Source of the DNA: an uncultured delta proteobacterium
GTDB lineage: Bacteria; Myxococcota_A; Polyangia; Fen-1088
Length of the DNA: 64,000 bases
NCBI GenBank assembly: GCA_963796685.1
Contig: CAWCMR010000014.1
Location: 64,001 to 128,000, forward strand
Direction of reading: 5' to 3'
Below, in pieces: positions 53,542-63,520 of the stretch. Under the pieces are notes generated by a model. It made no database searches and was not told where the DNA came from. It saw only the letters and a list, made by a program, of their open reading frames with translations. A program made the translations under genes and the position numbers. Position 1 is the stretch's first letter, and each line of letters starts with the position of its first letter.

Positions 53542-54831
53542 TCAGTGCAAGGCTGGGACGGTGGCGTCCGCGTAGCGGGCCGGATCCTGAATGAATCGAT
53601 CGCGGCACAGATCGCTGCAAAAATAGTATGTCTTGCCCTGGTACTCGGAGCGGGCGGCGGCATGGTAGCGGTGGATCTTCATTCTGCACACCGGGTCTTG
53701 CACCTCGACGTCGGCCTCTGCGCGGGTGGGTAGCACCTTCGCTGCTCCATCGGTGGCGACGAGCGCATGCAGATAGGAGACCAAGTCGTCGACCTCGGGC
53801 TCCGTCAGGTAGTCGCGGTACGAGGGCATGAGCGGGTCGTAGCCGGAGACGACCTGGTCGCCGGGATCGAGGATGGACCGCCGCAGGTAAGCGTCATCGG
53901 CCGAGACGGTGGCTCCGCCCACCATCCGCACTGTCCGGCCGGCCAAGCCGTCGAGCGAAGGCCCGGTCTTGAGGTCGGCGTGGCATCCTCGACAACCCAG
54001 GGTTTGAAACAAGCCCAGCCCGCGCGAGGCTGCGGACGTTTCGGGCTTCTTCTCGTTCGACTTGGTGACGCCTTTTGCCATCGCGGCGGCGTCCGCGTCG
54101 AGCATGGTGGCATCGGCCACCAGGCGCAGAACGGCTTTGTCGTCCAGGCTGCCGTAGACACCGCGGACTTGCCCGCGACGGTCGACCAGGAAAAGGAGCG
54201 ACGTGTGCAGGATCGGCTCTCGCGGAATATTGGTGTGCTCGAACGGCACCTTCATGGCTTGGGCGAATTCGGTTATCTGGGCCGCAGGGGGACGTAGGAG
54301 CAGCCAGCGCGGATCGGCGTTCCACTTGGCGGCGTAGGCCTTCAGCACCTCCGGCGTGTCGTGGTCGGGATCGATCGAGAACGACACGAAGCGAAGGTCC
54401 GCCGACGGTATCGCCCTTCTGAGCAGGCTCATCTTGGCCGTGATGATCGGACACATGGTCGTGCACCGGGTGTAGATGAAGTCGGCGATCCACACGTGCC
54501 CGCGCAAGGCCGACTCGTCCATCACCTGCCCCTCGGTATCGACGAAGGCGAAGGGAGGTACGTCCCCCAGAGTGGGCAAAGATCGGCGGGCATGCGGTAC
54601 CGGATGCGCGATCCGAATCGCGCGCGAGACTACGAGCGCGATCCCCAAGAGCGCTGCAAAGCCGCAGGCCCCCAAGGCCAGGAGACTCTTCGGCGCGACC
54701 CGCCTGGGCCGGGACGGCGAGGGGTGCTTCAGCGTCGTTGCCGTCGCCGTCGCCTTCGCAGCATGACCAACGCGCCGAGCATCGCGGTGCTGACGAACCA
54801 AGAAGCTCCGCCGCTGGCAGAGATGTCGCAC
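53542..54831 (-). CDS. SCO1/SenC - cytochrome c - YHS fusion protein
   Basis: TM anchor; FIYTRCTTMCP plus ILHT (SCO Cu site); CRGCH..LMPSY (heme c); DPVC.M..YYFCSDLC..F..DP.RY (YHS). Start uncertain. Confidence 0.88.
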   Translation of the reverse strand: MRHLCQRRSFLVRQHRDARRVGHAAKATATATTLKHPSPSRPRRVAPKSLLALGACGFAALLGIALVVSRAIRIAHPVPHARRSLPTLGDVPPFAFVDTEGQVMDESALRGHVWIADFIYTRCTTMCPIITAKMSLLRRAIPSADLRFVSFSIDPDHDTPEVLKAYAAKWNADPRWLLLRPPAAQITEFAQAMKVPFEHTNIPREPILHTSLLFLVDRRGQVRGVYGSLDDKAVLRLVADATMLDADAAAMAKGVTKSNEKKPETSAASRGLGLFQTLGCRGCHADLKTGPSLDGLAGRTVRMVGGATVSADDAYLRRSILDPGDQVVSGYDPLMPSYRDYLTEPEVDDLVSYLHALVATDGAAKVLPTRAEADVEVQDPVCRMKIHRYHAAARSEYQGKTYYFCSDLCRDRFIQDPARYADATVPALH

Positions 54832-55931
54832 CCGCCCGACCCGGTCTTGGCGGGCGCGCCCATCCCAGTGCTGGCCGATGTACCCGTCGAGCCGCTCGTT
54901 CCGCCCGCGCTGCCACCCGAGTCCGTCCTGCCTCCTGAGCCCGTCAGCCCTCCGGCTCCGGCGCCCCCGCCACCCTCGGTGGTGCCGCCCGTCCCCGCGC
55001 TGCCTCCTGAGCCCGATCGCCCTGCGGAGCCAGCACTCCCGCCCTCGCCAATGGTACCACCGGAACCTGGGCCACCGCCCGAGCCGGCCGTGCCCCCAGC
55101 GCTGTTGCTGCCGCCTTTGCCGGTGGTGCCGCCGGAACCCGCGCCACTGCCCGAACCGGCCGTGCCCCCAGCTCCGCTGCCGCCGCTTCCACCGGCCCCG
55201 ATGCTCGAGCCACCACCCCCACCCGAGCCGCCGCCGGCTCCGCTGGCGTCGGAGAGACCGGTCGATGCATCTTTTGCAACCGACGCATCCGCCGAATCGT
55301 TACCGCCGTCGGGGGACGATCCTGTCGAGATGTCCGCGCAGTGATGATAGTAGCAATCGTTGGCCGGGTGATCGGTCATCACCATGATGACCTGAAGGGT
55401 GCACGGCTGCGCGCTGGTGCAAGTCGCGCTCTTCGGAATCGTGACCTGGAATGTTTGATTGCCGCTCTGTTGCGTCGTCGCGGTCGAGCCGGCCGGCAAG
55501 CCATCGGCGATGACGGGCTGGGTCGGCGACCAGACTGGATCCTTCATGATGGCGGGCGTGCAATTGGTGCCTGCCTGGGCCTGCGGATCGGGCAGCGACG
55601 AAAGGGTGTGCGTCGAGCTCGCTCCCTCGACCAGTGCGATGCGAAACCAGCCCGGGTGCGTGACGGTCACCGTGATGGAGACGGGAACCGTCTGACCGGA
55701 TTGAAGCACGGTCACCGTCTTGGTCGGAGTGCCGGCAGAGTCGCCCAAGGCGGTGTTGGGCTGTGCCGCGCAAGGTCCGTTCTTCTGCGGACCACCGACG
55801 GAATCTTGCGACATCCAACTCGCCGGAGAGTCGATCTTGAAGTGGGCGTGCGCCGTGGATGGTATCCACGCCGCGCCAAAGGCCAACCACGGCACGAACG
55901 AATACTTCCGAGTCCAAGCCCGACACGCCAT
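54729..55931 (-). CDS. LPMO-like His-brace protein (myxobacterial SCE4755-like) with Gly linker and MYXO-CTERM
   Basis: Signal AHA|HFKIDSP giving His1, PQK.GPC, THPGWFRIAL, CTLQVI, YHHCADI. Tail GSGGC-TM-RRRRRR. Confidence 0.8.
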   Translation of the reverse strand: MACRAWTRKYSFVPWLAFGAAWIPSTAHAHFKIDSPASWMSQDSVGGPQKNGPCAAQPNTALGDSAGTPTKTVTVLQSGQTVPVSITVTVTHPGWFRIALVEGASSTHTLSSLPDPQAQAGTNCTPAIMKDPVWSPTQPVIADGLPAGSTATTQQSGNQTFQVTIPKSATCTSAQPCTLQVIMVMTDHPANDCYYHHCADISTGSSPDGGNDSADASVAKDASTGLSDASGAGGGSGGGGGSSIGAGGSGGSGAGGTAGSGSGAGSGGTTGKGGSNSAGGTAGSGGGPGSGGTIGEGGSAGSAGRSGSGGSAGTGGTTEGGGGAGAGGLTGSGGRTDSGGSAGGTSGSTGTSASTGMGAPAKTGSGGCDISASGGASWFVSTAMLGALVMLRRRRRRQRR

Positions 55932-56001
55932 GACTACGTTGGACGCCGCAGTCGCCGGAAGGTTTCCGGATCTCGTGCGCGTCCTTGGCCGATCGATTTG
56001 G

Positions 56002-57132
56002 TCACCCACCTACGCGGGCGAGAAACTGCTGCCGTCGATCCTCGCTCCAGCGCGCGCAATAGGCCGGCCTCTGCTCGACAATGCGCTTGGTGCAAAGCGT
56101 GCACGAGGGTTGGCAGGGGTTGATGGCCTCCACGACCTCGCCGCGCGCTTTGCGTGGCCACAAGGGATCTGCAAAGAGCACGCGGCCCAGCCCCACCAGA
56201 TCCGCCTTGCCATCGCGAAGCGCGGACTCGGCGATGGCCGGGTCTTGGATGCGACCGGCGGCAATGACCGGAATATGGGGAAGGGCCTGCTTGATCGCGT
56301 GGGCGAAGGGGACCAAGAAGGCCTGGTTGCGATCGTCCGCCAGGTAATTCGGCGAGGCGAACGAGTCGTAGCAGCCGGCCATGACCGAGAGATAGGCGAC
56401 GCCCGCCTGGGCCAGCCGCTTGGCGAAGGGCAGGGTGTCGGCCAGGGTCAGGCCCCCGGGAACGTATTCGTCGGCCAAAAAGCGATAGCCCACGGGATAG
56501 TCATCGCCCACCGCTGCGCGGACTGCGCCGACGACGTCGAGGGGAAAGCGCATTCGCCGTTCGGCGTCGCCGCCGTAGGCATCCTGGCGCAGGTTGGTTC
56601 GCGGGGATAGAAATTGGGGTAACAGATAGCCGGTGCCGCCGTGCAGCTCCACGGCGTCGAACCCGGCCTGCCTCGCGCGAAGGGCACCGGCCGCGAAAGC
56701 GGTGAGCGTCGTTTCGATGTCGGTCTGCTCCATGGCCTTGGGCACCGCTCCCCACGTGGGAAAAGCGGACGGCGCCACCCGATCGGGACGCTTGGCATAT
56801 CGTCCGGCGTGATGGATCTGCAACACCGCCTTGGCGCCGCCGCCTCGGATGGCCGAGGCCAGGCGCGCAAGCCCGGCAACGAAGCGATCGTCCTGGTGTT
56901 CGTCGGTGGTCAGCAGCGTGCGCGGATTGCCGAGGCCGCGCGGCTCGACCGTCGTGTTCTCCACCACCACCATGCCCACACCCGACTCGGCCATCTCGGC
57001 ATAGTAGTCGAGCACGAGATCGTTCACCTGGTGATCCGGGTCGGGGTACGCCAGGTACATGGGCAGACTGACCAGGCGGTTTTCGAGCCGCAGCTGGCCG
57101 ATGCGCAGGGGAGTGAAAAGAAGGTTCGTCAT
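56002..57132 (-). CDS. NADH:flavin oxidoreductase (Old Yellow Enzyme-like)
   Basis: LFTPL..LENR, LQIHHAGR, GFDAVELHGGTGYL..QFLSP.TN.R.D.YGG, ADLV.LGR..ADP. Confidence 0.92.
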   Translation of the reverse strand: MTNLLFTPLRIGQLRLENRLVSLPMYLAYPDPDHQVNDLVLDYYAEMAESGVGMVVVENTTVEPRGLGNPRTLLTTDEHQDDRFVAGLARLASAIRGGGAKAVLQIHHAGRYAKRPDRVAPSAFPTWGAVPKAMEQTDIETTLTAFAAGALRARQAGFDAVELHGGTGYLLPQFLSPRTNLRQDAYGGDAERRMRFPLDVVGAVRAAVGDDYPVGYRFLADEYVPGGLTLADTLPFAKRLAQAGVAYLSVMAGCYDSFASPNYLADDRNQAFLVPFAHAIKQALPHIPVIAAGRIQDPAIAESALRDGKADLVGLGRVLFADPLWPRKARGEVVEAINPCQPSCTLCTKRIVEQRPAYCARWSEDRRQQFLARVGG

Positions 57133-57141
57133 GGAGCGCGC

Positions 57142-57498
57142 CTAGCCGACGCCCAGCAGCTGGACCTCGAACAGCAACGTGGCATTCGGGGGGATGACGC
57201 CTCCGGCGCCGCGCGCGCCATAGCCCAGATTCGATGGAATCAGCAGCGTGCGCTTGCCTCCGATCTTCATGCCGACGACGCCCTCATCCCATCCCTTGAT
57301 GACCTGTCCCGTGCCCAAGACGAACTCGAAGGGATCGCCCCGATCGAGCGAGCTGTCGAACTTCTTTCCCTTCGCGTCGTTTGCCCACAGCCACCCGGTG
57401 TAGTGCATCTGGCAGGTCACCCCGGCCACGGCCTCCGCGCCCGTGCCCAGGGTGGTGTCTTCGAATTGCAGCCCGCTTGCGGTGATGGTCATGCTCAT
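57142..57498 (-). CDS. FKBP-type peptidyl-prolyl isomerase
   Basis: [37 protein letters not shown]. Confidence 0.96.
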   Translation of the reverse strand: MSMTITASGLQFEDTTLGTGAEAVAGVTCQMHYTGWLWANDAKGKKFDSSLDRGDPFEFVLGTGQVIKGWDEGVVGMKIGGKRTLLIPSNLGYGARGAGGVIPPNATLLFEVQLLGVG

Positions 57499-57608
57499 GT
57501 GTCGTCCTAGGAAAATGGTTGTAGAAGGAGTCGGGGGCTTTTACCACTTTGGCGGTGATGGAGCGCGTCCACCGGTCATCCGTTCCGTGGTACCTTGGGG
57601 AAGCCATC

Positions 57609-58326
57609 ATGAAGACGAGAACCCTGGTATTGGTCGTGACGTTTCTCGCAAGCTGCGGTGGCTCAGGCTCGGATGCTCGCGATGCTTCCCTCGACGGCTA
57701 CGGGACGCCCGCGGATGTCCTGGGACCAAGCCCCGAGGTTGCCGTGGACCGCGCTTGGGAATCCACGGACGCACCGGAGCCGAGCTCTGACGTTCCTCTC
57801 GACGAGGCCGGGAAATCCGCGGACGCACCGGAGCCGAGCTTCTGACGTTCCTTTCGACGAGGCCGTGGGCTCCACGGACGGACCGGCGCAGAGCAATGAC
57901 GCTCCGGGTGGCGAGACCGGGGGAGCCTTGGACGCCACGGACGAGGGCGGTCTGTCTGGAAGTGGTTGCAGATTCAGAGACACCTCTGGGGTAGCGGTCA
58001 TCACGAAGGTCGTCTATTCCTCCGATCCCCGGAGCGCGTGCAATGCCATGGTGACGTTCTACTTCATTGCAGGCCTCACCCTGGACGGCGGCTCGGGGCC
58101 ATTCGCCTTGGATGGCGGCACGACCGTCGATGCCGGCGCACCCCCCAGCGGAGGTCGCATGTCGATCAATCCCGTCGAGGAGCCGCCCTGCAGCTATCTC
58201 GAATCGAACGGGATCGTTCTGGGGGCTATGTTGCCTGCCATTCGTCAGGATGCGTTTGCCGGAGCCTGTCCCACCCCGGTGTATGTGTTTCCAGGGATAG
58301 AGAATTCCCAGTATATGGGCCCTTAG
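57609..58326 (+). CDS. Hypothetical lipoprotein with 54-bp tandem duplication and a +1 frameshift
   Basis: LAS-C lipobox, STDAPEPSSDVPxDEA repeated. An extra T near 57840 shifts into the 57658-58326 frame. Confidence 0.6.
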
Positions 58327-58512
58327 CGTCCTGACCCCAACCGCCACGTGTGGCGTCGAAACTCAGGCGTGGGCGTATGGATGCCACGATTGTAACGCAG
58401 TCGACACGGATATCCCGGCTGTCGCAAGTCACATTCCAGCCTGCCATGGGCCATAGGGGGCTTGGGCCGGCTTCACGATCCGAGATCGTGTCTTCATACA
58501 AACGAGGTCACC

Positions 58513-60067
58513 ATGCACAATGTCCTTTCACGGGCGGCACGCGCCCTTTGTCATTTGGGTTGTGGGATTGTCGCGCTGTGCGCGTCGAGCGCGATCGTTC
58601 GGGCGGAGCCGTCGGTGCTCAAGCCCAACTCGCTGATCATCAGCAGTAGCACCTACGATCGGTCCCAGGGCGCCGTCGCATCGCTGACGGTTGGATCGAA
58701 CCTGCCCGGCTCGGCCAAGGCGACCACAGACTGCCGTCGCGGACAACAACTATGTCCACGTCTGGGACAATTCAGCGGTCGACGGCAGCTTTGGCGTAAC
58801 CTCCCCGATCCAATTGACCGTCATCGAACCGCACAGCGGTCACGTGCTCAAGACGCTGTCCGTCCCGACCGATCAGGTAGCCACGAGCTTTCCCTCCAAG
58901 TCGGAGCTGGGCCTGCACATCGCCCACGATTCGAACGGCGCACATCTCGTGTTCATGGCCTACGCCGGCCCTGGAATCGGCGCGCTCGACGTGTCGAACT
59001 CCGACGCAGTCGCAGGACAGGACCCGACGAACCCCGTGACTTTTGCTTTCGGGTCGACCTATGCGTTCGCCCGCACCATCGTCTCCATGAATGAGCGGGG
59101 ACACTTCTCCTATACGCCCACGATCAATTATGGAGGCAACAACGGCCGCTCGGCGCTGTTGGGATCGAACGGTCTCTACTATACCGTGGGCAACGCCAAC
59201 AACGGCGCTGCGTCGACCTTTGGCTCGAACGGCACCAATCCCGACGTCACCGAAACGACCGGCCTCGAGGTCGTCAATCCCATCAATGCGCGCATGTCGA
59301 GCGTGGCGATTCCGGCGAACAATTCGGCCGAGGTCGATCCTCTGATCCAATACCAATTCGGAACCAGCAAGCCCGACAAGCCCGGCAAGGACAACAACTA
59401 CCGAGGCGTGACGGAGTACGGCGGCGCGTTGTATTTCACCAAGGGTAGCGGCAGCAATGGAATCCAAACCGTCTACACCATCGGCACGTTGCCGACGACG
59501 GCACAGGCACCCACGACCAAGATCAGCGTCGTGCCAGGTTTCCCGACCGACTCGGCCAAGGCAACGGGCGGTGACTTTACCCCCTTCGCCGTGTTCTTCG
59601 CCAACGCCACGACCCTGTACGTGACGGACGAAGGCTCGGGCGACGCGCTTGACAAGTCCAGCCATGCGGGCCTCGAGAAATGGAGCCTCGCTGGCGGCGT
59701 GTGGCAGCTCGACTATGTGCTGACCAACGGCCTGCTCGGGACGGTCGATAGCAATTTGAACGGCTCCGACGGACAATATCCCGACGTAACGACGGTGGGC
59801 CTGCGCAACCTGACCGGCGTTGTCGATGGCAACAACGTGACCCTGTGGGCGACGACCTCGACCTCCAGTGCCTCGGGCGACAATGGCGCCGACCCGAACA
59901 AAGTCGTGGTTATCACCGACAGGCTGGGGTCGACGACCATGACGGGCGACGTGGCGCATGAGTCGTTTCGAGTGGTCACCGGGCCTACCTACGGTACCGT
60001 CTACCGGGGCGTCGCCTACGTGACTCATGGACAGTGTGGAGACGGCGGAGAGTCCAGGGACGACTAA
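58513..60067 (+). CDS. Secreted beta-rich hypothetical protein (frameshift near 58730)
   Basis: GAGG RBS, signal peptide in the 58462 frame, body in the 58691 frame with host-like codon usage. Confidence 0.65.
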
Positions 60068-60340
60068 GTCGCCGCTCGAGGGGCGTCGGAAAGGTGCTGC
60101 CAAGGGCCACGGCGGAGTCCACGAGGACCCCGCCGCCCCCGCGAGCAATCGGGTCTAGGCGACCCGCAAAGACGCGACAGGGGCGGGCGGCTGGTCGTGG
60201 CGGAGGGTTTCGATGTCCCGCCGGGGAGGCGCACCGAAGAGCCGGCGATACTCGCGGCTGAACTGCGTGGGGCTCTCGTAGCCCCAAAAGCTGTCCACAC
60301 CCGGGATAGCGCTCGTCCACCACGGTCGCTATCTTGGTGA

Positions 60341-60472
<132 letters not shown>

Positions 60473-60666
60473 GACGAAGTCCGGTGCCGCAAGCATGCCG
60501 GGCTACGGCGGCTCGCCGCAGCACCACCGCGATCAAGTGGGCTAGACGCCGTCTCGCGCAACGGCCGACGCCCCAGGATCGGCGGCTTCGTCGTGGTCGC
60601 GTTGGCAACACATTTTCTGCCCGCGGTACTTTGCACCTCCGGGCACAAGGACTAGTCTTCGCCCAA

Positions 60667-61590
60667 ATGCACGTGTCTCGCATGCTCCGAGGTCTCCTCC
60701 CCAGCCTCCTGGTCGCCAGCATGGTCGTGTGGATCAGCGCGTGTGCGAAGAAGGCCCCACCCGGTTCGCCGGCAACCACCGCCTTGTCCGGGATCGTCAA
60801 GCCACCAACCGACAAGCCATCGACGGAAGGCGATGGTTGGCCGCCCGGTATCGAGCCCGACAAGCTGGACCCGTTCAAGCGCAAGGTCTTCGACGATGTG
60901 ATCAACCGCGAGTCATCGGCGTGCGGCAAAGGGCACAGCCTGCTCCACTCGATCAGGCAAGACGGCGCCTGCCGGGCTTCCTTCTATGCCGTCCGCTACG
61001 TCGCCCGTTTGGCGGATGCGGGATTCTCCGAGCCTGAGATCGGCGAGAAGCTCACACAGCGTTTTCGCGCCCCGCGCGTCCCCTACATCGACGTGTCCCA
61101 GGCACCCAGCAAGGGCGGGCCATCCGGTCGCGTGACCATCGTGGAGTTCGCCGACTACGAGTGCGCGCATTGCAAAGCGGCGCAGAAGGTGATGCAGCCG
61201 CTTCTGGACAAGTACCCCGGCCTCGTTACCCTGTATTTCAAGCACTTTCCCATCAGCTCGAACAATGCCTTCAACGCCGCTCAAGCCGCAGCGGCGGCAC
61301 AGAAGCAGGGTAAGTTCTGGCAGCTCAGCGACAAGATTTGGGAAAACTCGGAGAATCTGTCGCCAGCCCTGCTGGAGAGCTTGGCCAAGGAGATTGGCTT
61401 GGATTTTTCACGCTGGTATAGCGATGTCGGATCGGAAGAGGTTCGGGCGCGTGTGCAACGCGACAGGGCCGAGGCACGCGCCCTGGGGATCCGCAGAACG
61501 CCCGCCATCTTCATCAATGGTCGCAGGTATACCGACGAGCCCGACCTTCCCGGTCTGACGGATTGGATCGACGAAGAGCTGGGGCGTTGA
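60667..61590 (+). CDS. DsbA-family thioredoxin-fold lipoprotein
   Basis: ISA-C lipobox, VTIVEFADYECAHC, FKHFP, QGKFW, GIRRTPAIFING. Confidence 0.88.
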   Translation: MHVSRMLRGLLPSLLVASMVVWISACAKKAPPGSPATTALSGIVKPPTDKPSTEGDGWPPGIEPDKLDPFKRKVFDDVINRESSACGKGHSLLHSIRQDGACRASFYAVRYVARLADAGFSEPEIGEKLTQRFRAPRVPYIDVSQAPSKGGPSGRVTIVEFADYECAHCKAAQKVMQPLLDKYPGLVTLYFKHFPISSNNAFNAAQAAAAAQKQGKFWQLSDKIWENSENLSPALLESLAKEIGLDFSRWYSDVGSEEVRARVQRDRAEARALGIRRTPAIFINGRRYTDEPDLPGLTDWIDEELGR

Positions 61591-61594
61591 GGCT

Positions 61595-62674
61595 CTATTT
61601 CTTGGTCTCTTCGAGCACGCTGGCCAGCTCGGGGTCGTCGCGTACGCTCTGCAAGTCCGGATCCCGGCGGGCGACCTTGCGATACTTGGGATCCAGGGCG
61701 ATGGCCTTCATGACGGAGGCAACGGCTTGCTTGTGGTTGCCAATCAAGGCGTGCATACATCCGACGTTGTAGTGCCCCTGACCGAAGTCGGGCGCGAGAT
61801 CGACGAGTTGCTCGAAGCAGGTCAGGAACTCGGGTGCGATCGTTTGCCTGCTCTGGCTCTTCGCCAACGTGAAGTAGTCGCGCAGCAATCCCTTCACGTG
61901 TTCCTTGGCTTGGGGCAGGGAAAGCGCGTAGCGCGCGCGGCGGGGCGAGCCGTCGGGGACAAGCCCCTTGGCGGTCAACAAGTAGTCCTGCTCGAAGGTC
62001 TCTGCCGCGGCGGCGAAGTAGTAGTACCAGGCGGCAGCTCGTTGCTGCACGAACCGAGCACCGCCGTGCTCCAACCCGGCAAGCCTCACGTCGATCGGGA
62101 TCCCGCTCGCGGCGCCGCACCGAGCGCAATCCTTGTTTGGGATGCTTCCACTGGCACTGCAAGGGCTTCGGGTGCTTCCCGGGAGACCGCCAAGAAACCG
62201 ACCACCGCCCTCTGCGGCCCAAAAGGCGAGGTCCTCGATCCCGTAGAAGTCGCGCCCGAATTTCCATGACACAGCGACGACCGGCAGGCCGCCGAGCCAG
62301 AAGACGAAGCTTCCCGGCCAGTCGGCAATCATGTGCTCCCGAGAGGCAGGGGCGGTGAGATCCGCGACGATGGCATTGTTACGCAAGAGCCATACGCGGG
62401 CCTTGCCAGCCTTGTCCGCGGCGGCAAAAAAGGTACCCTGCGGCGTCGCGGCGACCTGGAGCGCGCTGGCCGCGTCGCCCAGGCGGCCAGCCAGGACCGG
62501 TGGGACAGTGGCCAGCGGCTCGAATCTCACCAATGCCTTGGCGGAGGCATCGTCCAGCGGTCCGGCCAGCGTGACAACCGCATGCGCCGTCACCAACACG
62601 ACAACCAGCCCGACCCAGATTGCTCGGGCGAGAAACCCTCGGATGTTCTGGTCTTGCATTTTCCTGTTGCTCAT
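61595..62674 (-). CDS. Secreted protein with C-terminal TPR
   Basis: Signal peptide, GHYNVGCMHAL..AIALDP..ARRDPDLQSVR. Confidence 0.7.
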   Translation of the reverse strand: MSNRKMQDQNIRGFLARAIWVGLVVVLVTAHAVVTLAGPLDDASAKALVRFEPLATVPPVLAGRLGDAASALQVAATPQGTFFAAADKAGKARVWLLRNNAIVADLTAPASREHMIADWPGSFVFWLGGLPVVAVSWKFGRDFYGIEDLAFWAAEGGGRFLGGLPGSTRSPCSASGSIPNKDCARCGAASGIPIDVRLAGLEHGGARFVQQRAAAWYYYFAAAAETFEQDYLLTAKGLVPDGSPRRARYALSLPQAKEHVKGLLRDYFTLAKSQSRQTIAPEFLTCFEQLVDLAPDFGQGHYNVGCMHALIGNHKQAVASVMKAIALDPKYRKVARRDPDLQSVRDDPELASVLEETKK

Positions 62675-62785
62675 GGCGCCGAATCTACCTCAGTGCGCGC
62701 GATGTGGGGCCATCGATGAAACGGCATCTCCCGGGCGACGCCATATCGGGGCGCGACGGGGTCTGGCATAGTGCCACAGCAGCTC

Positions 62786-63445
62786 ATGTTCCGGTACCTG
62801 ACAGCCTCGACTGCGTGTGCTGCCCTTCTGGGGCTGGCTGCCGCTGGCTTCGTGCGCACGCATTTTCCCGAAGTCCTGTCGGCTTTGACACCGAAGGCAT
62901 CCGAGGCGTCGTTCGTGGACGAGCCCCTCCAGGTCGGTGGCGGATCCCCATCCTTTGACCCTGCGCCCAAGGACGGGGCGCTGGAGGGGGCGCGTCCCAC
63001 CTGGTTGCTTCCTTCCGAGGAAGCCAAGGGACGTCCAGCGGCCTGTGCGCGGTCCGGCTCATCGCACGGTTCGGCGCGTGGCACCTTCGCGCAGAGGCTG
63101 AATAGGGGAATCCGAAGGCTGGGCGAGCGTCGCTACGAGATCAGGCGCGGCACGCTGGAGCTTGCGCTCGGCAATCTCGCGCTGCTGACCGGTTCGGTGC
63201 GGGTCACGCCCGAGGTTCGCGATGGCAAGCCGCTCGGCTTTCGTCTCTTCGCGATCGCGCCGAATGGGCCATTTGCGAAGCTTGGTCTCCGCAACGACGA
63301 TGTCCTGGTTTCCGTCAACGGGCTCGATTTGTCGACACCCGAGGGTGTCTTGGACGCCTTCGGCAAGCTCAGGAAAGCTCCTCGCTTGGTGTTGGGGCTG
63401 GTCCGAGACAATCGCGAGATCACGCAGGAGTATACGATTCGCTAG
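62786..63445 (+). CDS. GspC-like PDZ-domain protein
   Basis: N-terminal TM, RVTP..DGK..GFRLFAI.P....KLGL.NDDVL.SVNG, Y.IR C-terminus. Confidence 0.75.
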   Translation: MFRYLTASTACAALLGLAAAGFVRTHFPEVLSALTPKASEASFVDEPLQVGGGSPSFDPAPKDGALEGARPTWLLPSEEAKGRPAACARSGSSHGSARGTFAQRLNRGIRRLGERRYEIRRGTLELALGNLALLTGSVRVTPEVRDGKPLGFRLFAIAPNGPFAKLGLRNDDVLVSVNGLDLSTPEGVLDAFGKLRKAPRLVLGLVRDNREITQEYTIR

Positions 63446-63520
63446 CCTATCGAATGTCCGACGGCGCCAGGGTGTCCATGTCGTCGAAGGTCTGGTGCTC
63501 GCCGGCCATGGCCCATCGCA

